Positions 1-8,944 of a stretch of DNA of 64,000 bases are shown piece by piece. Position 1 is the first letter of the stretch, and the number at the start of each line of letters is the position of its first letter. The stretch comes from an uncultured Planctomycetaceae bacterium. GTDB lineage: Bacteria > Planctomycetota > UBA1135 > GCA-002686595. The notes under the pieces were generated by a model, which did no database searches, had not been told where the DNA came from, and was given only the letters and a program-made list of their open reading frames with translations. The stretch is taken from positions 152,874 to 216,873 of the forward strand of contig CAYXTP010000004.1 of the NCBI GenBank assembly GCA_964467985.1, given 5' to 3'. The translations under genes were made by a program, and so were the position numbers.

Positions 1-2136
1 AAGCTGGCCCTCGGCCGCGGCGAGTACGACGCCGCCATCGCGGAGCTCACCTTGACCTTGACTTTCATCCGCAACGCCCCCTACACCATCGAGTGGAACG
101 GCCTGGACGAAGAGGCGGAGACCCTGCTGGCGCGCGCCAAGAGCGACCGCACCGAGAGCGTCGAGCGCGACCGCGAGGCCGCCCAACGGGCCGCCCACAG
201 CGAACTCCAGGCGGCCGAGCAGAATGAGCGCGAGCGCCGCGAAGCGATCACCGCCAATATCATTGCGCAGGCCATTACGGCTTTCGAGCGCGCCGATTAC
301 GACGGCGCCATGGAGTACACGGATCAGGCCCTGCGCCGTTCCCCCCGCAATGAGCAGGCCGTCAGCATCCAAGACGCTGCCTACCGGGCAGGTCGCGACA
401 AGGTGCGCGAAGACTACATCGAGGACAAGCGCGAAGAGTTCGCCCGCTGGCGTGAGCACCTGCAGGAGCTGCAAGTGCCCTGGACCGACGTCATCACCTT
501 GCCCGATCCCGAAGAGTGGCGCGCCTTGACCGAGCTGCGGGCTGGCCGCCAGGGCATCGACATGTCGCGCTCGGTCTCCCCCGCCGAGGTGCAGTTGGAA
601 GCCCAGCTGGATCAAACCATGGTGCGCCTGCCGGGCATCGAGGAAGAGGAGAGTCTGCGCGCCGTGATCAACATCGTGCGCGACTACACCGGCCTACCCT
701 TGGTCGTGGACCCCGCCGCCGAGAACGCGGTGCTCGACGAAGCGATCTCCTTCAACCTCGACCTCGAGAATGAAGTCACGGCCCGCCAAGCGCTGAACCT
801 GATCACCAAGCAAGCTGGCGAAGAGGTCACCTGGACCCTGCGCTACGACGCCGTGTTGGTCACGACCCGTGAGCGTGCGCGTGGCAAGCCCATGGTGCGC
901 AACCACGACGTGCAAGACCTCATCATGGGTCTCACGGACTTCACTGGCCCGCGCATCGGGCGCCTGCGCCTGTTGGAAGATCTGGAAGACGACGACGGTG
1001 GCGGCCCCTTCGGTGGCATCCTCGAAGCACGTCGCATGATGGAAATCGAAGACCTGGCGACCCTCATTCAGGAGAATGTCGCCGTGGGTTCCTGGGAAGA
1101 CGATGGCATCACCATCGAGCCGGGCGAGGGATTCATCCTGATCACGCACTCCGCCGCCGTGCAGGCTGAAGTCGACGCATTCCTCGAGGACTTGCGCCGC
1201 TTCAACTCCTCCATGGTCACCATCGACTCCAAGTTCCTGACCGTCGGCGACAACTGGATCCAGCAGATCGGAATCGACTTCCGTGGTCTGGACAACGTCA
1301 ACGTCTCGGACGTCACGAACGGCCTCGAAGACCAAGCCTCTCGGGGCTTGGACAACGGCGGAACGGGCTCCACGGGTGCCGGTGCCGCTGGCCCGCCCAG
1401 CGCTGGTTTCTACTTCGATGACGAGGGCGACGGTGACTTCCGCGCCACCACCCAGAACTTCTTCGGCACGGCCCTGGGCGACTCCCTGAGCGCCATCGGT
1501 GGTCTGTCCTTCGGGCTGACCCTGATAGACGACGCACAGATTTCCATGCTCATGCGAGCCGTTGAGAAGTCGAGCCAGTTCGAGATCGTCAACAGCCAAA
1601 CCCTCTCGGTGCACGACACCCAGCGGGCCTACGTGATGGTCATCAACCAGAAAGCCTACATCCAGGACTTCGACGTTGAGGTGGCCCAGTTCCAGGCCGT
1701 CGCCGATCCGCAGATCAACGTGCTGCACCAAGGCGTCGTGCTCGACGTGCGGCCCACGATCCACCAGGATCGCAAGTACCTGACCCTGGAGATCCAGCCC
1801 ACCATCGCCAAGGTCGTGGACCTGCGCACGGTCTCCACGACCCTGGGTGGCAACACCTCCCCTGTGGATTTCCAGCTGCCTGAGCTCGAAGTGCAGAGCG
1901 TCAACACCTCCGCCATCATCCCCGACGGCGGCACGATCCTTCTGGGTGGCTTGTCCAGCATTCGCAACATTGAGCGACGCGCAGAAATCCCGTGGATTGC
2001 AAAGGTTCCCGTCCTGGGGCTGTTCTTCAAGGAAGAAGGCTACAGCGACGAGCGTGAGTCCCTGTTGATCATGATTCGGGCCTCCATCCTGGACGTGCGC
2101 GAAGAGGTAGAGCGCAACCTGGAGCGCGGGTACTAA
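1..2136 (+). CDS. Secretin-family outer-membrane channel (GspD/PilQ-like), 5' end outside window
   Basis: Frame 1 is open from base 1 (KLALGRGEYDAAIAEL precedes the tracked ORF at 52), so the gene is 5'-truncated. The C-terminal third carries secretin-type motifs (VLDVRPTIHQDRKYLTLEIQP, IPDGGTILLGGL, IPWIAKVPVLGLFFK, SLLIMIRASIL). The N-terminal part is a charged coiled-coil/TPR-like region. Confidence 0.85.
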   Translation, partial: KLALGRGEYDAAIAELTLTLTFIRNAPYTIEWNGLDEEAETLLARAKSDRTESVERDREAAQRAAHSELQAAEQNERERREAITANIIAQAITAFERADYDGAMEYTDQALRRSPRNEQAVSIQDAAYRAGRDKVREDYIEDKREEFARWREHLQELQVPWTDVITLPDPEEWRALTELRAGRQGIDMSRSVSPAEVQLEAQLDQTMVRLPGIEEEESLRAVINIVRDYTGLPLVVDPAAENAVLDEAISFNLDLENEVTARQALNLITKQAGEEVTWTLRYDAVLVTTRERARGKPMVRNHDVQDLIMGLTDFTGPRIGRLRLLEDLEDDDGGGPFGGILEARRMMEIEDLATLIQENVAVGSWEDDGITIEPGEGFILITHSAAVQAEVDAFLEDLRRFNSSMVTIDSKFLTVGDNWIQQIGIDFRGLDNVNVSDVTNGLEDQASRGLDNGGTGSTGAGAAGPPSAGFYFDDEGDGDFRATTQNFFGTALGDSLSAIGGLSFGLTLIDDAQISMLMRAVEKSSQFEIVNSQTLSVHDTQRAYVMVINQKAYIQDFDVEVAQFQAVADPQINVLHQGVVLDVRPTIHQDRKYLTLEIQPTIAKVVDLRTVSTTLGGNTSPVDFQLPELEVQSVNTSAIIPDGGTILLGGLSSIRNIERRAEIPWIAKVPVLGLFFKEEGYSDERESLLIMIRASILDVREEVERNLERGY

Positions 2137-2187
2137 GTCTGCTCCTGCTGCGTCTGCGCCTGCTGCGTCTGCTCCGGCTGCGTCTGC
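2137..2187. repeat. 15-bp tandem repeat (GTCTGCnCCnGCTGC, about 3.4 copies) immediately after the secretin stop codon
   Basis: Read directly: GCTGCGTCTGC recurs at 2147, 2162 and 2177 with a 15-bp period. Confidence 0.8.
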
Positions 2188-2210
2188 TTGTGGCAAGTCG
2201 CGCCTGAGAC

Positions 2211-2251
2211 ACAAGCCCCGTTGGCCCACGCCGGCGGGGCTTGTTTTCTTT
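2211..2251 (+). terminator. Rho-independent terminator downstream of the secretin gene
   Basis: ACAAGCCCCG (2211-2220) pairs perfectly with CGGGGCTTGT (2235-2244) and is followed by TTTTCTTT. Confidence 0.75.
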
Positions 2252-2299
2252 GAATGCCGGACCCTGGGCTCTCCTCCGAGGGCGTATCCTGATCCGGCC

Positions 2300-3028
2300 A
2301 TGACCGATCTGCGCGCCGTCCTGTTTGACATCGACGACACCCTGTTCTCCACCACGGTGTTCGCTTCGAGGGCTCGTCAGGAGGCAGTACGTGCCATGGT
2401 GCGCATGGGGCTCGCCGCTAGCGAAGAGGAGGTCTTCCGCGAATTGCAGGAGGTCTTGCGCGAGTTCGGCTCCAACTACTCGCAGCACTACCAAAAGCTG
2501 CTCATGCGACTGCCAAGGGCCGTCCTGGGGAACCTCAACGCGGCCTTGGTGGAGAGCGCTGGCGTGGTAGCCTACCACGACACCAAGTTCGGCAGCCTGG
2601 AGCCCTTCCCCGATGTGCTGCCTCTGCTAGCCAAGTTGCAAGGCGTGGGTATACAGACCGGAATCATCACCCACGGCTGGACCATCAAGCAGGCCGAGAA
2701 GCTGATTCGGCTCGGCATCCTGCCCCACGTCGACCCGGAGGCGGTGTTCATTTCCGACCAGGTGGGTATCTCGAAACCCAACCCCAAGCTCTACGCCCTG
2801 GCACTCGAGCGTCTGGGACTCGAACCTCAGCAAGTGATGTACGTAGGCGATAATCTCGAGCATGACATCGCCCCACCGGCCTCATTGGGTATTCACACCG
2901 TCTGGGCTCGCAGGGCAGCCAAGGCAGATCAAGATCTCGAGGCCGCCCAGCCAGACCACGTGGTCGATGACTTCGGGGAGCTGGAGTCTGTGCTGCGAGA
3001 CCACTACGGGGCACTGCCCTCGTCCTGA
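2300..3028 (+). CDS. HAD-superfamily hydrolase
   Basis: HAD motif I LFDIDDTLF near the N-terminus, GIITHG, and motif IV YVGDNLEHDI. Size is 242 aa. Confidence 0.85.
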   Translation: MTDLRAVLFDIDDTLFSTTVFASRARQEAVRAMVRMGLAASEEEVFRELQEVLREFGSNYSQHYQKLLMRLPRAVLGNLNAALVESAGVVAYHDTKFGSLEPFPDVLPLLAKLQGVGIQTGIITHGWTIKQAEKLIRLGILPHVDPEAVFISDQVGISKPNPKLYALALERLGLEPQQVMYVGDNLEHDIAPPASLGIHTVWARRAAKADQDLEAAQPDHVVDDFGELESVLRDHYGALPSS

Positions 3029-3067
3029 GCGGACAGCCAACCCATCACGCCCAAACTCGACCTCCTA

Positions 3068-5416
3068 GTGAACCTGGTGAAGCCCTTGCTCCGGAACCCT
3101 CTCGCCTTGGCGATTCACGGCACCCTCGCCCTGCCCGTCCTGGCGATTCTGTTCGCGACCGGCTCCGCGGCTCAGTCCCCGGTCGTTGCTGGCCTCGAGG
3201 GACAGCACGGTCTCAGCCAACAAGAAATGGGCCAAGTCCTGCTCTCGGAGTTGGGCTGCGCCAACTGCCACGGCACGAGCCGGCCCGCGCGACCGTCGGC
3301 ACCGCGACTCACCGACGTGGGCGGCCGCTTGGCACCCGGCTACATAGAACGTTTCATCGCTGACCCGAACGGGACGCAACCCGGGACTCGCATGCCGGAC
3401 GTGCTGGGGCAGGTGGATGCAACAGAGCGAGCCGCAGTGGCCCGCAGCCTGACCCATTTCCTAGTCTCGCGATCAGAGCATCCATTCGCCACGACCTCCT
3501 TGCTGAGAGATGAATCCCTGCAAGCTAGGGGTAGGATGCTCTTCCGGCGCGTGGGCTGTGTCGCTTGTCACGGACCGGGAATGGCGGCTGAAGGTGAGCC
3601 AGCGGAGCCGCCTGCAGGTCTACGCCACGTGCCCGCCAAGTACAGTCAGGCTTCCCTCGCGGCCTTCTTGTTTCAGCCTCTGCATGTGCGTCCCGGGGGC
3701 CGCATGCCTGACATGGGTCTCAATCAAGGCGAGGCGCAAGCCCTGGCACACTACCTGCTCGACGGCCAACAGCCTTCCTCGGGGAGCTTCGAAGTCGACC
3801 CGCAGCTGGTGCATACCGGCCGCGTGCACTTCGGAGAACTAGGCTGCGCCAACTGCCACACCGACCTGGACGTCGCCCCCCTACCCCCAACGACGCCACT
3901 GAAGGCCTCCGAGACGCTCAGTGGATGCATGGCTGATGCAGGGGCCGCACGGTTCTCTCTGTCTGACGTGCAACGTGACGCTCTGCAGCTCGCCAGCGCC
4001 CACACGGCTGTACCACTTGGGCCCGACCCCGCGCGGACGATTGCCCGCACTCTGGCTGAATTCAACTGCCTCGCCTGCCATGGGCGCGACGGCCATGGCG
4101 GTCCACAGGAAGCCTGGCGGCCGCATTTTCAGACAACAGAATTTGAGTTGGGAGACGAGGCGCGAATTCCCCCGGACTTGACCGGAGTCGGGGCCAAGCT
4201 GACGCGCGCTTGGATGGAGCAGGTGCTCTTCGACGGGGCCAGTGTGCGGGCCTACATGCTGACGCGCATGCCACGCTTCGGGGCGGCCAACCTCGCTCAC
4301 TTACCCCAAGCCTTCGAAGCGGCGGACGAGCCTCGAGAGGTCACCCTGCGCCCGGCCAACAGCAAGTGGAAAGACGGTGAGTGGGCCAAGGTGGCGCGAG
4401 AGGCAGGCAGACAACTGCTGGGAAACGAGGGTCTGGGATGTGTCTTGTGCCACGACTTCAACTCTCACCCCTCCCCGGGCCAACGCGGACTCGACCTGAT
4501 TTCCTCGCCCGATCGGCTGCGGCCCGCCTGGTTCATGGACTTCCTGGTGGCGCCCGAGAAGCTGCGGCCCGGAATCGTCATGCCCCAGTCCTGGCCCGCT
4601 GGTGTGGCCGTGCACGACGGCATCCTGGATGGAGACACCCAGGCACAGCTGGAGGCAATTTGGTTCTACCTATCCTTGGGACGCTCCGCGGCGGACCCGG
4701 TGGGCATTCGAACGCAAGGATCGCACCTGACCGTGGGCGAGCGCGTGCTCACCTACCGCGGTCGCAGTGGAATCGCCGGCTACCGTGGCATTGCCGTTGG
4801 GTTTCCGGAGCACCTCTCGTACGCCTTCAACGCTCAGAACGGAACCCTCAGCGGCCTCTGGAAGGGGGAGTTCGTGTCGGTCAATTGGAACGGTCAAGGA
4901 TCGGGCAACTTCAATCCCAAGGCTAGGGCCGTGACCTTGCCCCAGGACGTAACGTTCTGCCGGCTAGACGATGTCAAACAGGCTTGGCCGCTCGCGCCGA
5001 CGATGAACGACGAGCAGCCGATCAACCCCAACCCGCTCTATGCCCGCAACCTCGGCTACCGTTTCCGAGGGTACTACATGGGCCAGCAGGACCGACCGAC
5101 GTTCATGTACTCGAGTGGCCCCGTCGAGATCGAGGATTCGAGCCAGGTGGTCGAGGTTGCCGGACAGAACCGGCTCCAGCGTTCCCTGGTTTTCACGGCC
5201 ACCGAGGCGGACACCCTTTCCATGCGCGTGCTGACCGGATTGATCGTGAGCCCCTCGCCAGGGGTCTTCGCGACGCCCGATCTGCGCGTGACCTTGCCTG
5301 ACCTGGCCCCCATCCTCCGACCGGGAATCGCAGAGGCTACCCAGGAGCTTCTGCTTCAGATCCATCTGGAGCCTGGCCAGACCTCGATCACACTGAACTA
5401 TGAACTGCTGCGCTAG
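3068..5416 (+). CDS. Secreted multi-heme c-type cytochrome domain protein (five CxxCH motifs)
   Basis: GTG start and a signal-peptide-like N-terminus. Heme motifs are CANCHG, CVACHG, CANCHT, CLACHG and CVLCHD. A C-terminal region of about 250 aa has no heme motif. Confidence 0.8.
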   Translation: MNLVKPLLRNPLALAIHGTLALPVLAILFATGSAAQSPVVAGLEGQHGLSQQEMGQVLLSELGCANCHGTSRPARPSAPRLTDVGGRLAPGYIERFIADPNGTQPGTRMPDVLGQVDATERAAVARSLTHFLVSRSEHPFATTSLLRDESLQARGRMLFRRVGCVACHGPGMAAEGEPAEPPAGLRHVPAKYSQASLAAFLFQPLHVRPGGRMPDMGLNQGEAQALAHYLLDGQQPSSGSFEVDPQLVHTGRVHFGELGCANCHTDLDVAPLPPTTPLKASETLSGCMADAGAARFSLSDVQRDALQLASAHTAVPLGPDPARTIARTLAEFNCLACHGRDGHGGPQEAWRPHFQTTEFELGDEARIPPDLTGVGAKLTRAWMEQVLFDGASVRAYMLTRMPRFGAANLAHLPQAFEAADEPREVTLRPANSKWKDGEWAKVAREAGRQLLGNEGLGCVLCHDFNSHPSPGQRGLDLISSPDRLRPAWFMDFLVAPEKLRPGIVMPQSWPAGVAVHDGILDGDTQAQLEAIWFYLSLGRSAADPVGIRTQGSHLTVGERVLTYRGRSGIAGYRGIAVGFPEHLSYAFNAQNGTLSGLWKGEFVSVNWNGQGSGNFNPKARAVTLPQDVTFCRLDDVKQAWPLAPTMNDEQPINPNPLYARNLGYRFRGYYMGQQDRPTFMYSSGPVEIEDSSQVVEVAGQNRLQRSLVFTATEADTLSMRVLTGLIVSPSPGVFATPDLRVTLPDLAPILRPGIAEATQELLLQIHLEPGQTSITLNYELLR

Positions 5417-6902
5417 ACTGGCGGTCCTAGCCGTCTGGGGGCTGACCGTCTCCAATTCCCCGGGGGCCGTGCCTGCGGGTGGCGAGGACTTGGGAGCGAC
5501 CTGGGGCACGGCGAGCCGCGAACGGGCCTACTACCGAGTGGTCCCCCTGGCCATCCCGGAAGGACTGGTGATCGAGGCCGGAGCGTTTTGCGCCTTGCCG
5601 GATGGCCGCATGGCCGTTGGCACGCGACGCGGAGACATCTACTTGATGGATGGGGTGGACGGGGAGAAGCCCGAACCCTCGTTCCACCTGTTTGCCACAG
5701 GGTTGGATGAGATCTTTGGGTTGGAACAGCGGGATCAAGACCTGTACGTCACTCAGAGCTGCGAGCTCACGCGACTTCGGGACACGAATGGCAACGGCCG
5801 CGCGGACCGCTTCGAGACCGTCTCCGATGAGTGGGGCTACGACAACTACCACGAGTACGCCTTCGGATCCAAGTTCGATGCCGAGGGCAACCTGCACGTG
5901 GCTCTGGGCCTATCGAATTCCTACCACTCGCGCGCCCTGTTCCGGGGTTGGGCGCTGCGTGTCACCCCCGATGGGCAGACCCTGCCCATCGCCAGCGGCA
6001 TGCGCAGTCCGGGCGGCATCGGGGCCAACGAGCACGGAGCTCTGATGTACATCGAGAGCCAGGGGCCCTGGAATTCAGCCTGCAGCCTGAAGGCCATCAC
6101 ACCCGGCGCCTTCCTGGGGCACCCGGCGAGCTACAACTGGTACCCCTACGCGCCCAACCTGGGCGACGCGCCAGAGATGCCCGACTCCGGTTCGCGAGTG
6201 CGCATCGAGAGCCAGCGTTTGCCGGAACTGCAGCCCTACGCGGTTGTCTTTCCCTACATCCGCATGGGTCGCTCCATCACCGGCTTCGGCGTCGATCGCA
6301 GCGGCGGCCGCTTCGGCCCCTTCGAAGACCAGATGTTCCTGGGCGACTTCAGCCTGTCTCTGGTGATGCGCGCCACCACGGAACAAATCGATGGAGTCTG
6401 GCAAGGCGCCTGCTACCCGTTCCGAGAAGGCCTCTCGACGGGCATCTTGAACCTCACCTTCACCGAAGGTGGGCGCCTGCTCACGGGGGGCACCAACCGC
6501 GGCTGGCCCGTGCGCGGCCTGCAGCCGTTCGCCCTCGAACGCCTCGAGTGGACCGGGGTCATGCCCTTCGAGATCCACAGCATCCGCATCACGCACGACG
6601 GTTTCCGCGTTCGATTCACCAAGCCTATCGAACCTCTGACTGGAGAGAACACCGACAGCTACAAGATGGGGACCTTCACCCACATCTACCATGCCGGGTA
6701 CGGCGGTCCCGAAGTGGATCAGACCGTGCCAGAGGTTAGGTCGGTGCACCTGTCGGACGACGGGCTGGAGGCCACGTTGACCTTGAATACTCTGGAGCTC
6801 GGCCACGTGCACGAGTTCGACCTGGGGGCGCTGCGTTCACAAGATGGCGAGACGCTCGTCCACCGCCATGCCTATTACACAGTCAACGCTGTGCCGCGCT
6901 GA
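5400..6902 (+). CDS. Secreted beta-propeller protein, glucose/sorbosone-dehydrogenase-like, with a C-terminal Ig-like domain
   Basis: Signal-like N-terminus. The repeat pattern (DIYLMDG, LYVTQSCELTRLRDTNGNGRADRFE, GNLHVALG) resembles soluble PQQ-type/'membrane-bound dehydrogenase domain' propellers. It overlaps the cytochrome gene by 17 nt. The functional call is tentative. Confidence 0.6.
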   Translation: MNCCARLAVLAVWGLTVSNSPGAVPAGGEDLGATWGTASRERAYYRVVPLAIPEGLVIEAGAFCALPDGRMAVGTRRGDIYLMDGVDGEKPEPSFHLFATGLDEIFGLEQRDQDLYVTQSCELTRLRDTNGNGRADRFETVSDEWGYDNYHEYAFGSKFDAEGNLHVALGLSNSYHSRALFRGWALRVTPDGQTLPIASGMRSPGGIGANEHGALMYIESQGPWNSACSLKAITPGAFLGHPASYNWYPYAPNLGDAPEMPDSGSRVRIESQRLPELQPYAVVFPYIRMGRSITGFGVDRSGGRFGPFEDQMFLGDFSLSLVMRATTEQIDGVWQGACYPFREGLSTGILNLTFTEGGRLLTGGTNRGWPVRGLQPFALERLEWTGVMPFEIHSIRITHDGFRVRFTKPIEPLTGENTDSYKMGTFTHIYHAGYGGPEVDQTVPEVRSVHLSDDGLEATLTLNTLELGHVHEFDLGALRSQDGETLVHRHAYYTVNAVPR

Positions 6903-6911
6903 GGCATCCGG

Positions 6912-7919
6912 CTAGGTGGCTGCGCAAGCCTCAGAGAGGAAGCAGGCTGAATGGTGGCCCGGGCCACAGCTCTTCATGGCCGGAGCTTCCTGGCTGCAGC
7001 GCGCTTCAGCAACTGGACAGCGCGTGTGGAAGTGACAACCTGAGGGAGGTGAGATGGGCGAGGGCACGTCACCTTCCAAGTGGGTGGGCTTGGTGCGGAG
7101 ACTCGGGTCGGGTACTGGAATCGCGGCCAGCAAGGCCTGCGTGTAGGGATGCTGGGGGTTCTCGAAAATTTGCTCGACTGTACCGGTCTCCACAATGCGG
7201 CCCAGGTACATGACGGCCACGCGATCGGAGATGTATTTCACCACCGACAGGTCGTGGGCGATGAAGATGTACGACAGACCGAACTCCTCTTGCAGGTCAC
7301 CCAACAAGTTGATGACCTGGGCTTGAATCGACACGTCCAAGGCGCTGACGGCTTCGTCACAGACGATCAGCTTGGGCTGCAGGGTGAGTGCCCGGGCAAT
7401 GCCAACCCGTTGGCGTTGACCCCCTGAGAACTCGTGCGGGAAGCGGTTGGCCACATCGGGTCGCAGGCCCACCCGACGCAGCAGCTCGCTGACACGGTCT
7501 TCCAATTCGCTGCCCCAGGCTACGCCGTGAACGGCCAGGGATTCTCCAATGGCGTTGCCCACTGTGATACGTGGGTTCAGACTTCCGAAGGGGTCTTGGA
7601 AGATGATCTGCAGGTCCCGTCGCAGGTTGCGCATCTCCTTCTCGGACAACCCAAACAGGTCGACGGGCTCCGAATCCGGCTCGGCGCGGTACAGGGCCTC
7701 GCCGGCAGTGGGCGTCAAGAGGCGCAGCAGGGAGCGACCGGCAGTCGTCTTGCCGCAGCCCGACTCCCCCACCAGGGAGAGGGTCTGCTTGCGCCCTAGG
7801 GTAAAGTCGATACCGTCCACGGCCTTCACATCGCCCACATGCCGAGACAGGATCCCGCGATGGATGGGGAAGTATTTCTTGAGGCCGGTGACCTCCAGCA
7901 GGTTGTCGGGGGCAGTCAT
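6912..7919 (-). CDS. Oligopeptide/dipeptide-type ABC transporter ATP-binding protein (OppF/DppF-like), system 1
   Basis: Walker [10 protein letters not shown], signature [15 protein letters not shown], Walker [13 protein letters not shown], and a Cys-rich C-terminal Opp-type extension. Confidence 0.9.
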   Translation of the reverse strand: MTAPDNLLEVTGLKKYFPIHRGILSRHVGDVKAVDGIDFTLGRKQTLSLVGESGCGKTTAGRSLLRLLTPTAGEALYRAEPDSEPVDLFGLSEKEMRNLRRDLQIIFQDPFGSLNPRITVGNAIGESLAVHGVAWGSELEDRVSELLRRVGLRPDVANRFPHEFSGGQRQRVGIARALTLQPKLIVCDEAVSALDVSIQAQVINLLGDLQEEFGLSYIFIAHDLSVVKYISDRVAVMYLGRIVETGTVEQIFENPQHPYTQALLAAIPVPDPSLRTKPTHLEGDVPSPISPPSGCHFHTRCPVAEARCSQEAPAMKSCGPGHHSACFLSEACAAT

Positions 7920-8944
7920 AGCTTCTCGGCCTCCTCCAGGTTATGGCAGGCCACCGTGTGGCCCGCGCCCGCCTGCAGGGGATCCAGGCGGGGCGTCTCA
8001 CGGGAGCAGAGGTCGGTGGCGATGGGGCAACGTGTCCGGAATCGACAACCGCTGGGGAAGTGCGTGGCACTGGGCACCGTGCCTGGGATGGTCTGCAGAC
8101 GTTGGCCGGGCCCGGCGAGGTCTGGGAGGGAATGGAACAGGCCAATGGCGTAGGGGTGCTTGGGAGTGGCGAACAGTTCCTCCACGGTGGCGTATTCCAC
8201 AACCTTGCCGGCGTACATCACGGCCACGTGGTGGGCCGTTTGCGCCACCACACCCAGGTCGTGGGTGATCAGCAGGACACTCATGCCCTGTTCGCGCTGC
8301 AGATCCGAGATCAGGTCCAGGATCTGCGCCTGAATGGTCACGTCCAATGCCGTCGTGGGCTCGTCGGCGATCAAGAGCGATGGGTTGCACGCCATGGCAA
8401 TGGCAATCATCACCCGCTGGCGCATGCCACCAGAAAGCTGATGGGGATACTCATCCACGCGCGATTCGGGGGAAGGGATGCCGACCTTCTCCAGCATGAG
8501 GATGGCGTGCTCGCGCGCTTCGTCCGCGTCCATGTTTTGGTGCAACATGACCGTCTCCATGATCTGGTTGCCCACGGTGTAGACCGGGTTGAGAGCGGTC
8601 ATGGGCTCCTGGAAGATCATGGCGATCTCGTTGCCGCGCATGGCGCGCAGCTGCCCGGCGCTCTTGTCAAGCAGGTTCTCCCCGCGGAACAGGATCTCGC
8701 CCCCCGCGTTGAGCCCGGGAGGCATGGGAACCAAGCCCATGACCGAGAGGGCCGTCACACTCTTGCCGCATCCCGACTCCCCCACGACACCTAAGGTCTC
8801 GCCTTCGAGAAGTGTGTAGCTCACACCGTCCACTGCCTTGGCCAGGCCCTCGTCCACGCGGAAGTGAGTCTTGAGGTCGCGCAACTCCAGCAGCGGTCGG
8901 CTGCCGTTGGAGGAACTTGACGGCTGGGCAGCGGCGTCACTCAT
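7916..8944 (-). CDS. Oligopeptide/dipeptide-type ABC transporter ATP-binding protein (OppD/DppD-like), system 1
   Basis: Walker A GESGCGKS, signature [12 protein letters not shown], Walker [13 protein letters not shown]. There is a 4-nt overlap with the downstream ATPase gene. Confidence 0.9.
   Translation of the reverse strand: MSDAAAQPSSSSNGSRPLLELRDLKTHFRVDEGLAKAVDGVSYTLLEGETLGVVGESGCGKSVTALSVMGLVPMPPGLNAGGEILFRGENLLDKSAGQLRAMRGNEIAMIFQEPMTALNPVYTVGNQIMETVMLHQNMDADEAREHAILMLEKVGIPSPESRVDEYPHQLSGGMRQRVMIAIAMACNPSLLIADEPTTALDVTIQAQILDLISDLQREQGMSVLLITHDLGVVAQTAHHVAVMYAGKVVEYATVEELFATPKHPYAIGLFHSLPDLAGPGQRLQTIPGTVPSATHFPSGCRFRTRCPIATDLCSRETPRLDPLQAGAGHTVACHNLEEAEKL

Noticed and set aside
694-2355. 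553-aa ORF antisense to the secretin gene
   Set aside because: It lies entirely opposite a gene with clear secretin motifs. Its translation is Gly/Ala/Val/Asp/His-rich with no recognisable motif. Its 'ADAAGADAAG' segment is just the 15-bp tandem repeat read in reverse. Long antisense ORFs like this are typical stop-codon-poor artefacts of GC-rich DNA.
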